Below are positions 1 through 12,144 of a DNA stretch of 64,000 bases, piece after piece; position 1 is the first letter of the stretch; each line of letters starts with the position of its first letter. Under the pieces are notes generated by a model, which did no database searches, was not told the origin of the DNA, and saw only the letters and a list, made by a program, of their open reading frames with translations. A program made the translations under genes and the position numbers. Source of the DNA: Moniliella sp. 'wahieum' (Eukaryota); assembly GCA_003971905.1 (NCBI GenBank), contig RSEE01000012.1:248001-312000 (forward strand), given 5' to 3'.

Positions 1-809
1 TGAACGTCGCTTTGACACGTGCTCGTGCTAGTCTGTTCGTGCTGGGCAATGCGAGCAACTTGCGCAAAAACACGACCTGGAGTGCGCTGATTGATGCTGC
101 CAAGTCCGCGCACTTGATCAAGGCCGTCACTGCCGAAACAATTCGCAACATGCCCATCCAACGCCCCAAGGCGGGCACCAAGCCAGCCACAGCCGTCGCC
201 CGCCTTTCCGTGGATGTGGCAAAAGTCAATCCGATTGATTCGCCCGAGGTGGAGGATTCCGAGGGCAAACGGCTTCGGCCGCCAAAGGCCCAGAACGGGG
301 CCAATGAGACCACCAATCATCCTCCGGCTAAAAAATCAAGAAGCGAATCGTCAACATTCCTGAAAGGGGGAAAGCCGGTCCCAAGACCCCATCTGAGCGG
401 GTGGGTTCCCCCCAGGCCGGTCAGCCTCCTCGCGAGATGCTGCTTCGCCACCTGCCCCTCCTCAGGGTAAATCCGAGGATGCACGCAGAGATTCCAACCC
501 CCGCCCAAGCATCCACCGGGACCTCTTCTTCCCAAACTTCCCGCCCCAGCCCCATCCAAGACCATCATGATGTTGGACGATGAGGATGTGCCTGTGGCAA
601 AGAAACCTAAGATGGATGCGGGCGGTGCAGCCCGGGGTGCCCCTTCGATCCCTCGACGAGACGCTGCTCCTCAAAAAGGCCGTGGGAGTGCTGGTCCCGG
701 TCCCAGTGGATCGGCTGCCGGTCGGCCTGGCGGAGCAGGGCCTGCGCCACCCAGAACCACCGTCTCCAAAGCCGCGCGGGCTGCTATCTTTGCTCCGCGT
801 CGTCGGTAA
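1..809 (+). CDS. C-terminal part of an SF1 (Upf1/Sen1-like) helicase, probably Sen1; 5' end lies outside the window
   Basis: Frame from nt 3 reads NVALTRARASLFVLGNASNLRKNTTWSALIDAA, the motif-VI end of Upf1/Sen1 helicases. A low-complexity K/P/G tail follows, with a probable intron ~420-465 and a stop at 807-809. Confidence 0.7.
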
Positions 810-1120
810 GCGATAAAACTCCCAGCGTGAGCCCCGGCGGCAAGCTACTTGAAGTAGTTGGCTCTCGTAGCTGCTGTGCTGCCCTTCTCCCATTTCCTGC
901 ATGTCCCGCTTAGCAGACTGCCACACTGCTCGGAACCACTCTTCGTTCCTCATCACTGGCACCCATTCTATCCCCCTCCTGCAATTCAATGCATACAACA
1001 CTTTGCGCATCCTCCCTCACCATCCCCGCACTGGAACTACAGTAGATGGAAGAGCAAATCGGGTCGTGTATTTTGACACAAAGGCGTGTACGTGAGGTGG
1101 GAGGTGGAAGTAAGTTCCAT

Positions 1121-4100
1121 CTAGGCTGGCCTGGCGGCGGCAAGTACATGAGACCGAACCAGATCCTCTTCTTGCATGAGTTCGCCATCCCCCACAGGCT
1201 CTTCGACCCTCGCGCCCGCCACGGCACCCTTAGTGTCCAGGGGGGCAGGGGGCCTCGGGGGGGGGGGTGGTTACATCGTCCCTTTCCTGGGTGGCTAGCG
1301 GAGCAAGGGGACGCACCGAGGCTGTGGGAGTACTAGGGTCGTAGGATGTGGATCCATCCAGAGCTTCAGGGGAAGAAGATGGATGAACCGACGCACCGCG
1401 CTGTGGATCGGTTACCTCCCCGTTCCCGGGTTGAGAAGGCGGAGAATCTTAGCCTGGTGCACCACACGAGCGGCGAGCTGCGCATCGTCAGGCTTAAGCG
1501 TAGCCAAGAACCGAAGTACCTCAAGGGCGCGAGCTAATTCCCCCGCTCAACCGCGGTCCGAACCAAGTCACTGTCGCTGACTCACTGGTCCGGAGCGAGA
1601 AAAGACGACGAGCAAGAAGGCGACGGCAGTACGGGTATCGCCTTGGTGCAAAGCCATGCCCAGAAGCGGCGCGGGGGCCCGCAGCAGCAAACAGGGTGGG
1701 CCATCGCGAGGCCTCGGTTTTACGCGCGCAGTTGGCAATCACCTAATGCAGAGGGGAAAGACCGGACAGGCCGATGGTCCGACGCAGCTCCTCCACCCCT
1801 CGCGCAGCCTGGTCCGCGCCTGTGCCTTGCGTGTCTCGGAGCGCAGCACGGCCATACGAGCCGGTCGGGACCATCCGGATCAGTCAGCGCCGTGGGTTCT
1901 GTAGTAGAGCGGCGTTCCCGGTGCAGACGACGAGGGTGGCGTGCTGGTTGCCGCAGAGGTGGCAGGAGAGGAGAGGGCCTCCATCCGCCGCATCCTCCAG
2001 GACGGCATGCAAGAGGATCTCAAGCGCATGGGGAAAGTACCCTAGACGTGCATAGGGTGTAGCCAGTTCAGCTGCGGCAGCAATCGCATCTTCCGCCAGA
2101 GGGTGGGCAAGGAAACTCAGTGCGTGTCGTAAAAGTCCTGGTAGGACAAGGTGGGTGGTCGTGCTGGTGCGCCACAGGCCAAAGTCGAGACTTTTGCGTA
2201 GAACCAAGCTAGCTTCCATGCCCACCACACCTCGATTGGCCAGCAGACAGAGAGGGTAAAAGTCAAGCGGCAGCACGGTTCCTTGACTCGAAACGTCCAG
2301 GTCGCTTCCCGACGCATAGCTGCTAGAGGAAGCAAGGTCTCGGCTCGCCAAGGATGAACTGGACGAGTTCAAGCCCATCTTGTCGATCCCAGTCGATACC
2401 GAGGCCAAGTGGGGATAGGAAGTTGATTCGGGTGCGTGCCCCGTCTCCTTCCATACCCACCCATGGCCGTCAACATACGCCCACAATGTGTTTTCGAGCG
2501 CCTTGGGTGCATCAATCAAGGTGGTGGTGGTCCACACCAGTTCCACCTTATCCGCCAGCACGTGCGCATGGTAAGCGACTTTCGTTTGTGATGCAGGACG
2601 CGCTGTCGCCGAGCCTGAAAGGGAGCGGGCTAGGGGATTAGGGGAAGAGACGGTACCCGTGACCAGCTGCGGGGTGGATGCAGAGGGCGGCAGGCTGGAG
2701 GTTGACGCGGAAGGTGTTGGGGTTCCCGAGGAGACCAAATCCGCCACCGATGAGGTGGTAGCCCATTGGAGTGGGAGATAGCCGGGTCGGATGCAGCTTC
2801 GGGGGAGAAGGTGGGATGTTGGCTCAGTAGGAGGCAGTTCGGCAGTATTTGCCTCATTTTGGGAGACCCGCCCTTTTTCTCGACGGAGCCAAGATCACTG
2901 GGTGCCGTGGGTACGGGGTAACAACTGCGGAGCCGTTGGATGAAGGGGGTTGGATGAGGTGGAACAACAGGCCGAGGACGGAGGAGGAGGAGGCGACCGT
3001 TGACGAGGAAAACCAAAGTAGCCTTGTTCAGTACCTCTTTAGGTCGATTGAGGGCCAAGGGGGGGGAACGAGCCAATCCACCGCCCGTACCCTGGTAGGC
3101 TCGGACACGACCGACGAGAGGGACAGGTTGCCCATCATCTTAAGGGACAGACGGGTGGTCGCGTAAGCATCGCTTGCCGGCGCACCGGGATCGCCAGTCA
3201 TGAGCGAAGCGTGGGCGCACCACAGTTCCTTGGGACGAAAGGCGAACGTGATATAAGCTGTTGGTAGCCGTGTACAGGATGATGCTGGCACCCATCCCGC
3301 TGCTTCCACTGGGAAGAAGGGTCAGGGTAGATGCGCATCTGCACAATGGGTGCTGGCACCCGTTCCATCGCGAGCAGCCGAGCATTGTCCAGGGGCAGTC
3401 TTGCGTCGTACGCTCGCAACTGCGCTTCCCCCCCGAGTCGGCTGCCACGAGCACAACGTGGCCCACCCAGCCAATCCCACCACGAACGGAGAAGCCTTGT
3501 TCTTGGTTGAGGTGCGCCATCTCAAACATGCGCCACTGGCCCACGCCGGGCTCATCTTGGCTGGAAACGGACGCGCCAACAGAGATGAGGCGTGCCAACG
3601 CATGGGCCGTCGGAGTTAGACATGACACAGCAAATCCCCTTCGCCCAGCAATCGCAACCCAGCCGCCATCTTGACTTAGCGGGCAAACCGAACCGGCCAG
3701 TTGAACGCCAGGTAGCGGGGCAGACGAATGTGCCAAGCTTGACCTTGGGCTGCCCCCTCTCCACCCGAGCGGCCGGAATGGTTGCCCGGTACGCAAGCTG
3801 GAGGGTGCCGCCGCCGCATCGGGGGCAATCACTTGCCATTCACTCAGTTCGCGCCCACGGTACAGGATCAACTTGTCCCCGCATGCAGTAATCCGTAGCC
3901 AGCCGCGGCAGCACTAGCCCCTCCACAGAGTGTGGTTTGAGAGGAGCGGATGAAGGGAAGAGCATATAGTTGGGAATTGGGGTCAAATGACTTGACCTCC
4001 GTCCCTGGCGGAGACGCATCCGGTCGAGCCAGGAACATCACCTCGTTGTTGCCCATCGTCCAGAACAGACGGGTGGCACCAAACAGATGATCGTCCTTGA

Positions 4101-5953
4101 ATCGCCGGTGAATGCCTGTCCAAAGGTCACGTGAGAGGTGGCAAGGATTCGGCCATAGGTACTAAACAGCCCATCCACGGGCATAGCCTACTGCCAACGC
4201 ATGACCATCCGACGTCCATGCGAGCGAAGTCACCTTGCCCAGTTGGGTACCTCCATTTTGAGGTAGACGAATACTATGCGAAGGGGTGGCTGCGCCTGTC
4301 GAGGCGTAGGTGTAGGCCTCGACGATTCCACTGCGGGTCCCAATCGCAAGCAGGGAAAAGGGGGCATTGACCGCACTGGAAGTAGCTTGGCGGCCTGGAG
4401 TCATCGGGCCGGGATCAGGACGGTCATCTTGCTCGGCCCGGTGCTTGCCCTTGCTACTGACGGATGACGGGGGCGTCGGTCGCGGTCCTTCAGTGGAACA
4501 GGGGGAGACGCACCGTGAAAGGTCTGGCCGGTCCAGGAGAACAATTTGGGGTCGTACACCAAGCTGGCCGTGTGGGCACGGCCATCCGAGGTGATCCAGA
4601 TGTAACCCCATTGACGGGCTGTACTCGATGGCCATCACATGAGCCATCTCAGCATCTTCGCCGACGGACAACGCGTTGGGAAAAGTAGTCCGTTGGATTT
4701 GGGTCCATTGCTGGCGTGGCCATTGGGAGCCGTCGACTTGGGCTTGTCCCCCAGTGGTGGATGGATCTGCAGCCAAGGCAAGCGGCGGAGCAAGGTAGTG
4801 TGGGTCCGCTTGGTTTGGGCATCAGCACTGAGGTCCGAGGGCCAGGGGATGAGCTGGATCGCAGGTGGATCGCAGGTGGCAACCACGACATGGGTCTCGG
4901 TTGCGGTTGCAGCGGTGCAGCTGGTCCAATGCGCGGCGCGTGTCAGTAGCGAGCGTAACAAAATGGGCGAAACAGAGAAACGTACCCGCTCAACCCAGCG
5001 TCCATCTGCATGGCCAACGTGAACTCAATCTCGACCAAGTCGGTATTCGAGCTTCCGGCTCGGGCGGCGCCGTTCTGCTCGTCGAGTGCCTGGGTAATCT
5101 GCTTGGGCTGGGGCGGGCGCGCAGATGGACTCCAAGTGTCCGAGTGAGGATGGGGAGCTCACCCGCGGTGCGGGAGAAGATGTTGTTCATGGCCTGAGGC
5201 GCAGGAGCGTAGCGTTCCCCTGACTCGGACGCAAGTGGCGCACGGGGGCTGGTGAAGCCTGAAAAAGAGATGGAGCGAGCATGCGAATGAGCACGACGAC
5301 GCGGGCCTGGGGGTAAGGAGGGAGAGTCGGGGAGGACAGGGACGTAAGCGTATACGCTTTCGCGTGGCTCGAGCATGCGATAGAGCAGCAACACATTTTG
5401 GTCTGTCTGAAGGGCGATGCGGGGGGCTGGCTGCCGGCGGCGGCGGGTGAGGCCCAAAAGACGCGAAGGCAGCGGCCGTGCTCGGCGGACACTGGCGCGG
5501 GTGCGCCGAATGACAGCGACAGCTTGGGTAGGACGTGGATCCAAACAGAGAGGGTGAGCGCTGAGGCAGGCAAAGTAGACGCCGTCCGGGCTTCGTGCGA
5601 GATCAACGAGTTGCTCCCGCTCCTCCGCCTCGACGGCACAGCAATGTCGGCCGCAAGCGAAGAGGAGGAGGGGCGCGTTGGGATGGGCATTTCGGGCGGG
5701 ACGGACAGGACGGGGGCTTGTGGGGGAGTTGGTAGAGTTGGTAGGGAGGGGGCGTCGGCGACACTGGCCCTGGCTGCGTCATCGGCGGAGACAGCGGCAG
5801 CAGCGCAGAGCAGCAGCAAGCAGCAGCAGCAGCAGCAGCGGTGGCAGCGTGGCGCTCGTAGGCGGCAGCCTCGGCAGGGGATGGTGGTGGGAGGGCATGG
5901 AGGCCTGCTGGCCCCAGATGGAGGCAGCGGGCAGCGCCGGTGGGCCAGTACAT
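1121..5953 (-). CDS. RIC1: RIC1 (Rab6/Ypt6 GEF subunit), many frameshifts
   Basis: Starts MYWPTGAAR (typical Ric1 MYWPxG). WD-like segments (VTSLAWTSDGHALAVGYARGWAV; GWVAIAGRRGFA) and RIC1-domain motifs LPLDFYPLCLLANRGVVGME and YFPHALEILLHAVLED. Intron ~4921-4985. The 3' end is inferred across frameshifts. Confidence 0.8.
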
Positions 5954-6629
5954 GCGCAGGAGCGGTGGAGGTGGGTCGGGGGACGAGGCAGGCGAGGAGG
6001 AGCGCGGTGAGCGTGGGTTCGCCGAGGATGCGATGATGATCGATGAGGCTCCGCGGCGGGGGTGGGATGCGATGCGCGCTCCACTTGGCTTCGACCCGCG
6101 CAATGGAGCCATCCCAGCGCCACCTGCATCCGTCCTGACTCGACGTTCACCCCCACCGACCCCCCAGACGACGAGGGCGACCTCACCGCCACCTGGCCAT
6201 TTCCTGCCAGCCCATCGGCTTTGCTGCCACACACACACCTGCCTGGTCCCTTGCGTGCACCCCGTTGACAAGTTTGCGTTGACAGCACAATGCGTTTTCT
6301 CTATACCACGCAAGCAAGCCTGTCGCTGTCGCCGATGAGAGCCTCCGCGCCACTGCATTTGCCATGTCTTTTAGCATTCTTGTGCGAGACCAAGGCTCTT
6401 GTCCTTCTCTTGTGGTGCTATCAACCCCGCCGGCCCCTCTAACCATGGAAGTGGCGACCGGTCTATCTCGCCATGGGGATCGGCCAATGGTATGATGTAT
6501 CCGTCGCGGGGGAAAGGAGGCATAGAAGCAGGTGTGTGTGTGCAGGCACGCATCCAGGCACGCAGAACTAAGGGAGAAGAGTACAGCAGGCAGCACGAAA
6601 AGGGAAGGGTAGGAGGTGGGGAGGAAGCA

Positions 6630-7592
6630 TTAAGCTGAGGTCGGCACCAATTAGGATTAGTGTCCTGCTGCTTGGCACTCGATTCTTTTAGGGCGAGCAA
6701 TGTTTGGTCCGGAACGATTCGTAGTGGATCTGCGCCGTGGTCTCAATCAAGTCTTGGAGGTGAGTGCGGGTGAGAAAGTTGCGAAGTAGACAAATTCACA
6801 ATGGTTTTCATTTTCCACTTGGACCACGCCGTAGGGGATTTGCGTCCGATGACCGTTTTGCCATCCACCACCACGCTCCGTTCGGACCCAACTGGCCAGG
6901 GGGATCAAGTCGCGGATGCGCTCGTTGAGCTCCCGCTCTTCCTCATCCAAGTCCGCGTCGTCAAAGGGGTAGAGACGGATCTCGTTGAAGGCGAGCTCGG
7001 CACGGATGCGTGCTTGAACACTTCGCGTTCCTCCAGTGTCAGCCCATCGGACTTGGCAATGACCGGCACCACATTCACCCCTCGGCCAGTTTCTTCATCA
7101 CGATCAGGTCAATCGGCCGGAGAGAGTGGCCGGTGGGGTTGATGAAGAAGAGGCAGCAGTGGATGCGGGTGTCGGTGATGTACCGGTCGCGCAAGGCAGT
7201 GAGTTCTTTGCGGAGGTATGCACTGTGCTGGTCGCGGATGTACTTGACAATGGGGTCCCAGCTGCCTTCGTTGTTGACCTGGTCGCCGTAGCCGGGGGTG
7301 TCGACAATGTTGAGACGCAGCTTGACGCCATTCTCGACGATCACATGGCTCACTGGGTGGATCTCGGTGGTCGAGCGCGGCAGGACATCGGGCCTGAAAG
7401 CGGCCCTTGGTGTCGATCAGATGGCTGGCAAAGAGGGTGTTGATGAGGGTGCTCTTGCCCAGCCCAGTCTGGCCAACGACCATGACGTTGAACTGGAAGC
7501 CGCGCTTGAGCAGCTTGCTCTCGATCTGCCGGGATCGAGTCGAAGCCCACGTAGCCCTGCAGCGGCGTCACATTGTCGCTTGTGGTGGCCAT
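6630..7592 (-). CDS. CDC10: Septin, Cdc10-type
   Basis: GYVGFDSI..., [24 protein letters not shown] (P-loop), [16 protein letters not shown] (G3), [36 protein letters not shown]; short C-terminus without a coiled coil. 3' end approximate. Confidence 0.88.
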
Positions 7593-8044
7593 GCTGGGAA
7601 GAGCAGAGAGGGTGGGGGTGCGGGTGCGGGTGCGGGTGCGGGTGGTGCTCGCAGAGGTGCCCGTCGGCTGTTCTGCGCTGCTCCTCTGCGCGGCGAGCGG
7701 CACAAACCCAGCAACGCAGCCCCGCCGGCGCGCGCAACGGCACCCGGCAGGTGGCCAGTGTCGCCTGCCCCACGCGCCACACGCTTCCCCCGTGCCCACT
7801 CCGTCAGCGGGGGCTGCGCGGCACGTGACCACATCCCCCCCTCTCTTCGCTCCATCTGCTCGACCGAGGGAGCTACATAGCACTACGGAACCACTGGGGC
7901 GCAGCCAGCCCGCCTCGGCCCCGCTTGTGCTGGCATGGAGCAGCGCGGGGACACAAACGCATCGACGGCGGATGGGATGATTGATGATTGATCGAGATCC
8001 AGAAACCTAACCATTTTGAGGCAGCCCCTCCACGGGCACGCAAG

Positions 8045-9702
8045 TCAAAGCGGTAGACGCTGGCTAAAGTACTCTTCGCCAGCGCAATGCACCGCACGTT
8101 GGCGCCCAGCTTGTTGATCGTCTCTTGGTACTCGTCCTCCTCCACACTGTCGTACACAATCCCCCCGCCCGCCTGGAGAGAGACGACGCCGTCTTTGTAC
8201 GTCATCGTCCGGATCGCAATGGCCACGTCCATTGCGATCGGCATAGCCCATGTGGCCCACCGCGCCAGCGTAGACGCCGCGACGCTCCTGCTCCAGCGCG
8301 CCAACCAACTCGATGGCGCGGATCTTGGGCGCCCCCGAGACGGTTCCGGCAGGGAAGATGGAGCGGAGCGCATCGAACCGGTCCTTGCCCTGCGCACTGG
8401 CCCGTGATGCGCGAGGTGAGGTGAATCACATGGCTAAACTTTTCCAGTTGCATAAACGACTCGACTTGGGTCGTGTGCGGATCGCATACCCGACTAATGT
8501 CGTTCCGGGCCAATCGACCAGCATCACATGTTCCGCTCGGTCCTTGTCGCTCTCAGCCAAGAGGCGCGACTGCGCCTCGTCCTCTTCGGCTGTTGCGCCG
8601 CGCTTGACGGTGCCAGCGATCGCGTGGACAGCCACCTTGCCCTCCACGATCTTGCACAACGTCTCGGGACTGGCACCAATGATCTGGCAGTCCCCCACAT
8701 CGAGGTAGTACATGTACGGGCTTGGGTTGATCTGGCGCAGTTGGCGGTAAATGTTAAATGGGTGCACGTCGGTAGGCCGTGTGAGACGTTGAGAGGGGAC
8801 AGCCTGGATGATCTCGCCCTCGGTGATCGACTTGCGCAGGCAGTCACAAAACCCTCGTAGCCGGCCTTGCCGACGTTGCTGGTAGCCTCTCTGCCGAGCT
8901 GGATGGGGCCTTGCTTGGGCATAGGCAACGGGCCAGTCTCAAGCACTTTGCTTGCCACGTTGGTGACCTTGGCCACTGCCTCGCGTACCGCCTCGCCACT
9001 TCCTCGGGCGTGTGCGGTGCATCGCTAGGCAAGTAGACATGCGACACACATGCAATGCTCTGGAACACACGGTCAAAGATCAAGGTCGTGTCGCAAAACA
9101 TGTACACCGACTCGGGGATGCCCAGTGGATCCTTCAGTTCGCGCGCAGTGCGAGGCTCAAAGTAGTGAACACAGTCGTATGAAATGTAGCCCATTCCGCC
9201 GCCTGGAGACCGAAAAATGGTGCGAGGTCCGTGTCAGCCTGGACAGACAACAAAAAGAAAGAGAGAGTGGGGGGGGGGGACGAACCGGTAAATAAGGGCA
9301 GTTTGGCCAAGGGGATATACTTGTACTGCTCCAGTTCGGCTTTGATGTGCACCAACGGGTCCCCCTGCAGAGGCTGGGTGGGGCCGGTGCGGAGAACCTT
9401 GTAAGGGTCCACACCGACAAAGCTATACCTCCCAATGTTCTCTCCGCCCGTGACCGACTCGAGGAGGAATCCGATCCGGCCCACGTCGGCACCGTCCGAC
9501 ATGCGCAGGTAGGCCGTGACAGGCGTCAGCAAATCAGCAGGCAGGGATTGGTAGATGGGAATGATGTTGCCCTGGGCGGGGGTGGTGGGCGTGCCGAGCA
9601 GCGCAGCCTGCACCTCTGGCAGGCTGGGGTAGATGTCCTGGAGAAGGGTGGGGTCAGTGGGGAAAAGGAGGGAGGTGGAGGGGGATAGCACACCTGGCCC
9701 AT
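8045..9702 (-). CDS. TRP2: Anthranilate synthase component I
   Basis: [95 protein letters not shown]. Introns ~9640-9693 and ~9202-9287. Confidence 0.93.
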
Positions 9703-9713
9703 GTGTGGTGGAA

Positions 9714-9755
9714 GGCGGTGGTGGTGGTGGTGGTGGTGGTGGCGGCGGCGGCGGT
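9714..9755. repeat. (GGT)n(GGC)n microsatellite just upstream of the TRP2 start
   Basis: ggc(ggt)8(ggc)4ggt read directly from the sequence. Confidence 0.9.
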
Positions 9756-10117
9756 GTGTCGAGGGTGTCTTCCCTCCCGGAGTTTCTCAGGGAGCTCTTT
9801 AGTCAAGCGGACATGAGTCCGTCTCGAGTCAAAAACGGGCGGAATTGTGGCCTGCTGCTGCGCTGACGGGCTGGTCAGACGTCCCATGTCAAACGGCAAG
9901 TTTCAAATGGCAAATGGCAACTGTCAGATGCCCAAGGTAATGCCAAGCCTCAAACTTTCAAGCTCAAGCTTCAGCTTCAATGTCAATCGTCAATCTGCAA
10001 CATTGCAGCCCCCGTGGTTACTGATTCCGCCCTGAGTTCTTCGCGCCGCCTCGGCTGTTCTCGACACCACCCGGCCAGGCCCCCACACCCAGGCCAGCCG
10101 AGGCGCCGCCAGCCAAC

Positions 10118-10676
10118 ATGCCGTGCGTACCTTGGCCCCATCCCCATACATCCCCTGGGGCCATGCTAACCCCCCTCCCAGGCTGTACGAGCTGTTCTGC
10201 GTCGCTGCCTACTCGGCCCAGTCGGCGCCGCTGCGGACGCTGCTCTCCAACACCTCCAACACCATCATCACCAATGGCGGTGTGGTGCGGGGGATGCAGT
10301 ACTGGGGACGCCGTCTGCTGCCCCAAACTATGAAGCGTAACCAAGTCACGCATACCGAGGGGGAGTAAGTACTAAGTATCCCGATCACATTGACCTGGCG
10401 AATGCGCTAGCTGGCGGCTGGCTGGCTGGTTGACTGGCTGGCTGCCATATGGCTGGACCTGGGCCGGACGTCCAACTAACCCCCGTGTTCGTGTTCCGTG
10501 TTCTCAGCTACTTTATTATGCAAGTGGATACCAACCCCACCACGCTGAACCAGATTCGGGCGCGTATGCGCTCCGATCCGCGCGTCTTGCACTTCACCCC
10601 GCTCCGGTTGGGACGCAAGGTGAGTGAGGTGGTACCGTCTCCCTTCCCCACCCGCCTGGTGGGCCCGTGGGCTTAG
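10118..10676 (+). CDS. MRP17: Mitochondrial ribosomal protein bS6m
   Basis: Spliced product MPLYELFCVA...GGVVRGMQYWGRRLLPQTMKRNQVTHTEGDYFIMQVDTNPTTLNQIRARMRSDPRVLHFTPLRLG fits the bS6 pattern. Introns ~10123-10181 and ~10365-10508 have CTAAC branch sites. Confidence 0.85.
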
Positions 10677-11205
10677 GCGGCAAAACGATTCGGTAACCCG
10701 AGTCCAAGGGTACGTGGTGTGATCTGCCTGCAGGATCTACTTTGCCTCGTATGTGGGTGTTCGCGTGCTTGTTCTACCGACCCAAGGGGTACCGAGAGAG
10801 AGAAACGAGTGGAATGAAACCCAAGTGCAAAGGTGGAGCAGATGACAGAAGAAGGAGTGGCGAGCAACAGGGATGTGGGTTGGTAGTCGTCATAATCGCT
10901 GTTCAGAGACGAGATATCTGCGGTTTCAGCCTTGGCAATCACTATGACCACCTGCAGCTCGATGGGAAAAGTGATTTTTGGCCGTTCCCTATGAGAAACT
11001 GTCATTAACGTGATTTGAACAAAGGCCACCCATGCAATATAGGTCCGCTTTGGATTTCGCCCATCGCCCTTATACCTGTCGTCCGTACCGGATTCTTCCC
11101 TGGCAATGCACTCTATTCTGTCTCAGGAGGGTATGATGGAGATGTAGCATGCAGGGTAGACAGGAGGGAGGGGGGAAGATGGATGCATATGCATGGTGCC
11201 ACCAC

Positions 11206-11675
11206 TCACTTTTTCTTGCCCTTTTTGGACGTTTTGACCACTGTTGCACCACGGGTTGCCTCGGTACCGCCCGACATCCAGTCCAAGTCTTTCAGCAAAC
11301 GCAAAGTCATCCTGGGAGAACTTTTCTGGAACCGACCCAATTGACCCTCCATGTCGACCGCGACGCCCAACGCATTTGAACGTTCCGCCAATGGGTTCCA
11401 CAGCGGGTGGTTCGTCGGGTCCCGCGTCAACCGCATCGCCGCACGAGGAGACGGGTAAAGACATCAATCGACGATCCATCGTTCAGCACGATCGTCATGG
11501 GGAACTTGGATACGGGGCGGGGGGTATGCAACTTGGTTGGCCTGCCCATTTTGGCTGAGCTAGCAAAGGAACGCACCAGTCCCAGTCCTACGCCCGTACT
11601 GGAGCCAAGGTGAGGACGCCGAGCCAACGTAGAAAACGCACGGGCCGGTCCGCCTGATCCGCCCGTTGTACCCAT
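11206..11675 (-). CDS. MRPL36: Mitochondrial ribosomal protein bL31m (Mrpl36-like); possibly the C-terminal part of a fusion with Mzm1
   Basis: FPMTIVLNDGSSIDV...MRLTRDPTNHPLWNP...EGQLGRF matches the fungal bL31m N-terminal pattern (xxSDGS...L.RD..NHPLWNP); basic C-terminus KKGKKK. Contains frameshifts. Confidence 0.75.
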
Positions 11676-11685
11676 GCCACCGGCA

Positions 11686-12144
11686 CTACACCCCCCCGCC
11701 GCAGCATCCCACCCCAGAACTGGCGAGCTTCGAACTAGCCTTCTTGATATCTTCGTTGTTGCCCAGTTCCGTGTCGGGGGTGATCTTCAGCCCTGCACAC
11801 ACGTTCGCGTCACGTCAGTACTCCAGTGGTGCAGCGCCCAACAAGGCCAAACAAGACAGGTGCTGTGTCCACTCACGGTACGCGCCTGTCGTTTCTTGGC
11901 GAACACCTTGGACAATGTTTTGGCGGAGAGAAAGCGCAGTCCTTCCTCCCATTCCTGTACCTTGGCCGCAAACGCATCCTCGCCCGGGGGCAGGCGGCAG
12001 GGGCTGTTGGAACTGGGACCGAACGTGGCGGTACCACCCCGAAAGCGCACTGGGGTCGCCGGCAAACGTGACGTGGCCCTGCTTGAGTGCGCGGCGGTAG
12101 AGGGAGAAGACAATGTGGCGCTGCGGAGGCGTGAGGGCAGCCAT
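11686..12144 (-). CDS. MZM1: LYR-motif protein Mzm1/LYRM7 (Rieske protein chaperone, complex III assembly)
   Basis: SLYRRALKQGHVTFAGD (LYR motif plus FxGD), LRQNIVQG, and after intron 11793-11876 (GTGAGT...CTGAC...CAG) YRLKITPDTELGNNEDIKK, the characteristic Mzm1 C-terminal motif. Confidence 0.85.

Noticed and set aside
10620..10733. Possible extra intron (GTGAGT) at the end of bS6m
   Set aside because: The unspliced frame gives a plausible C-terminus (LGRKVSEVV...*), and no convincing downstream exon is visible.
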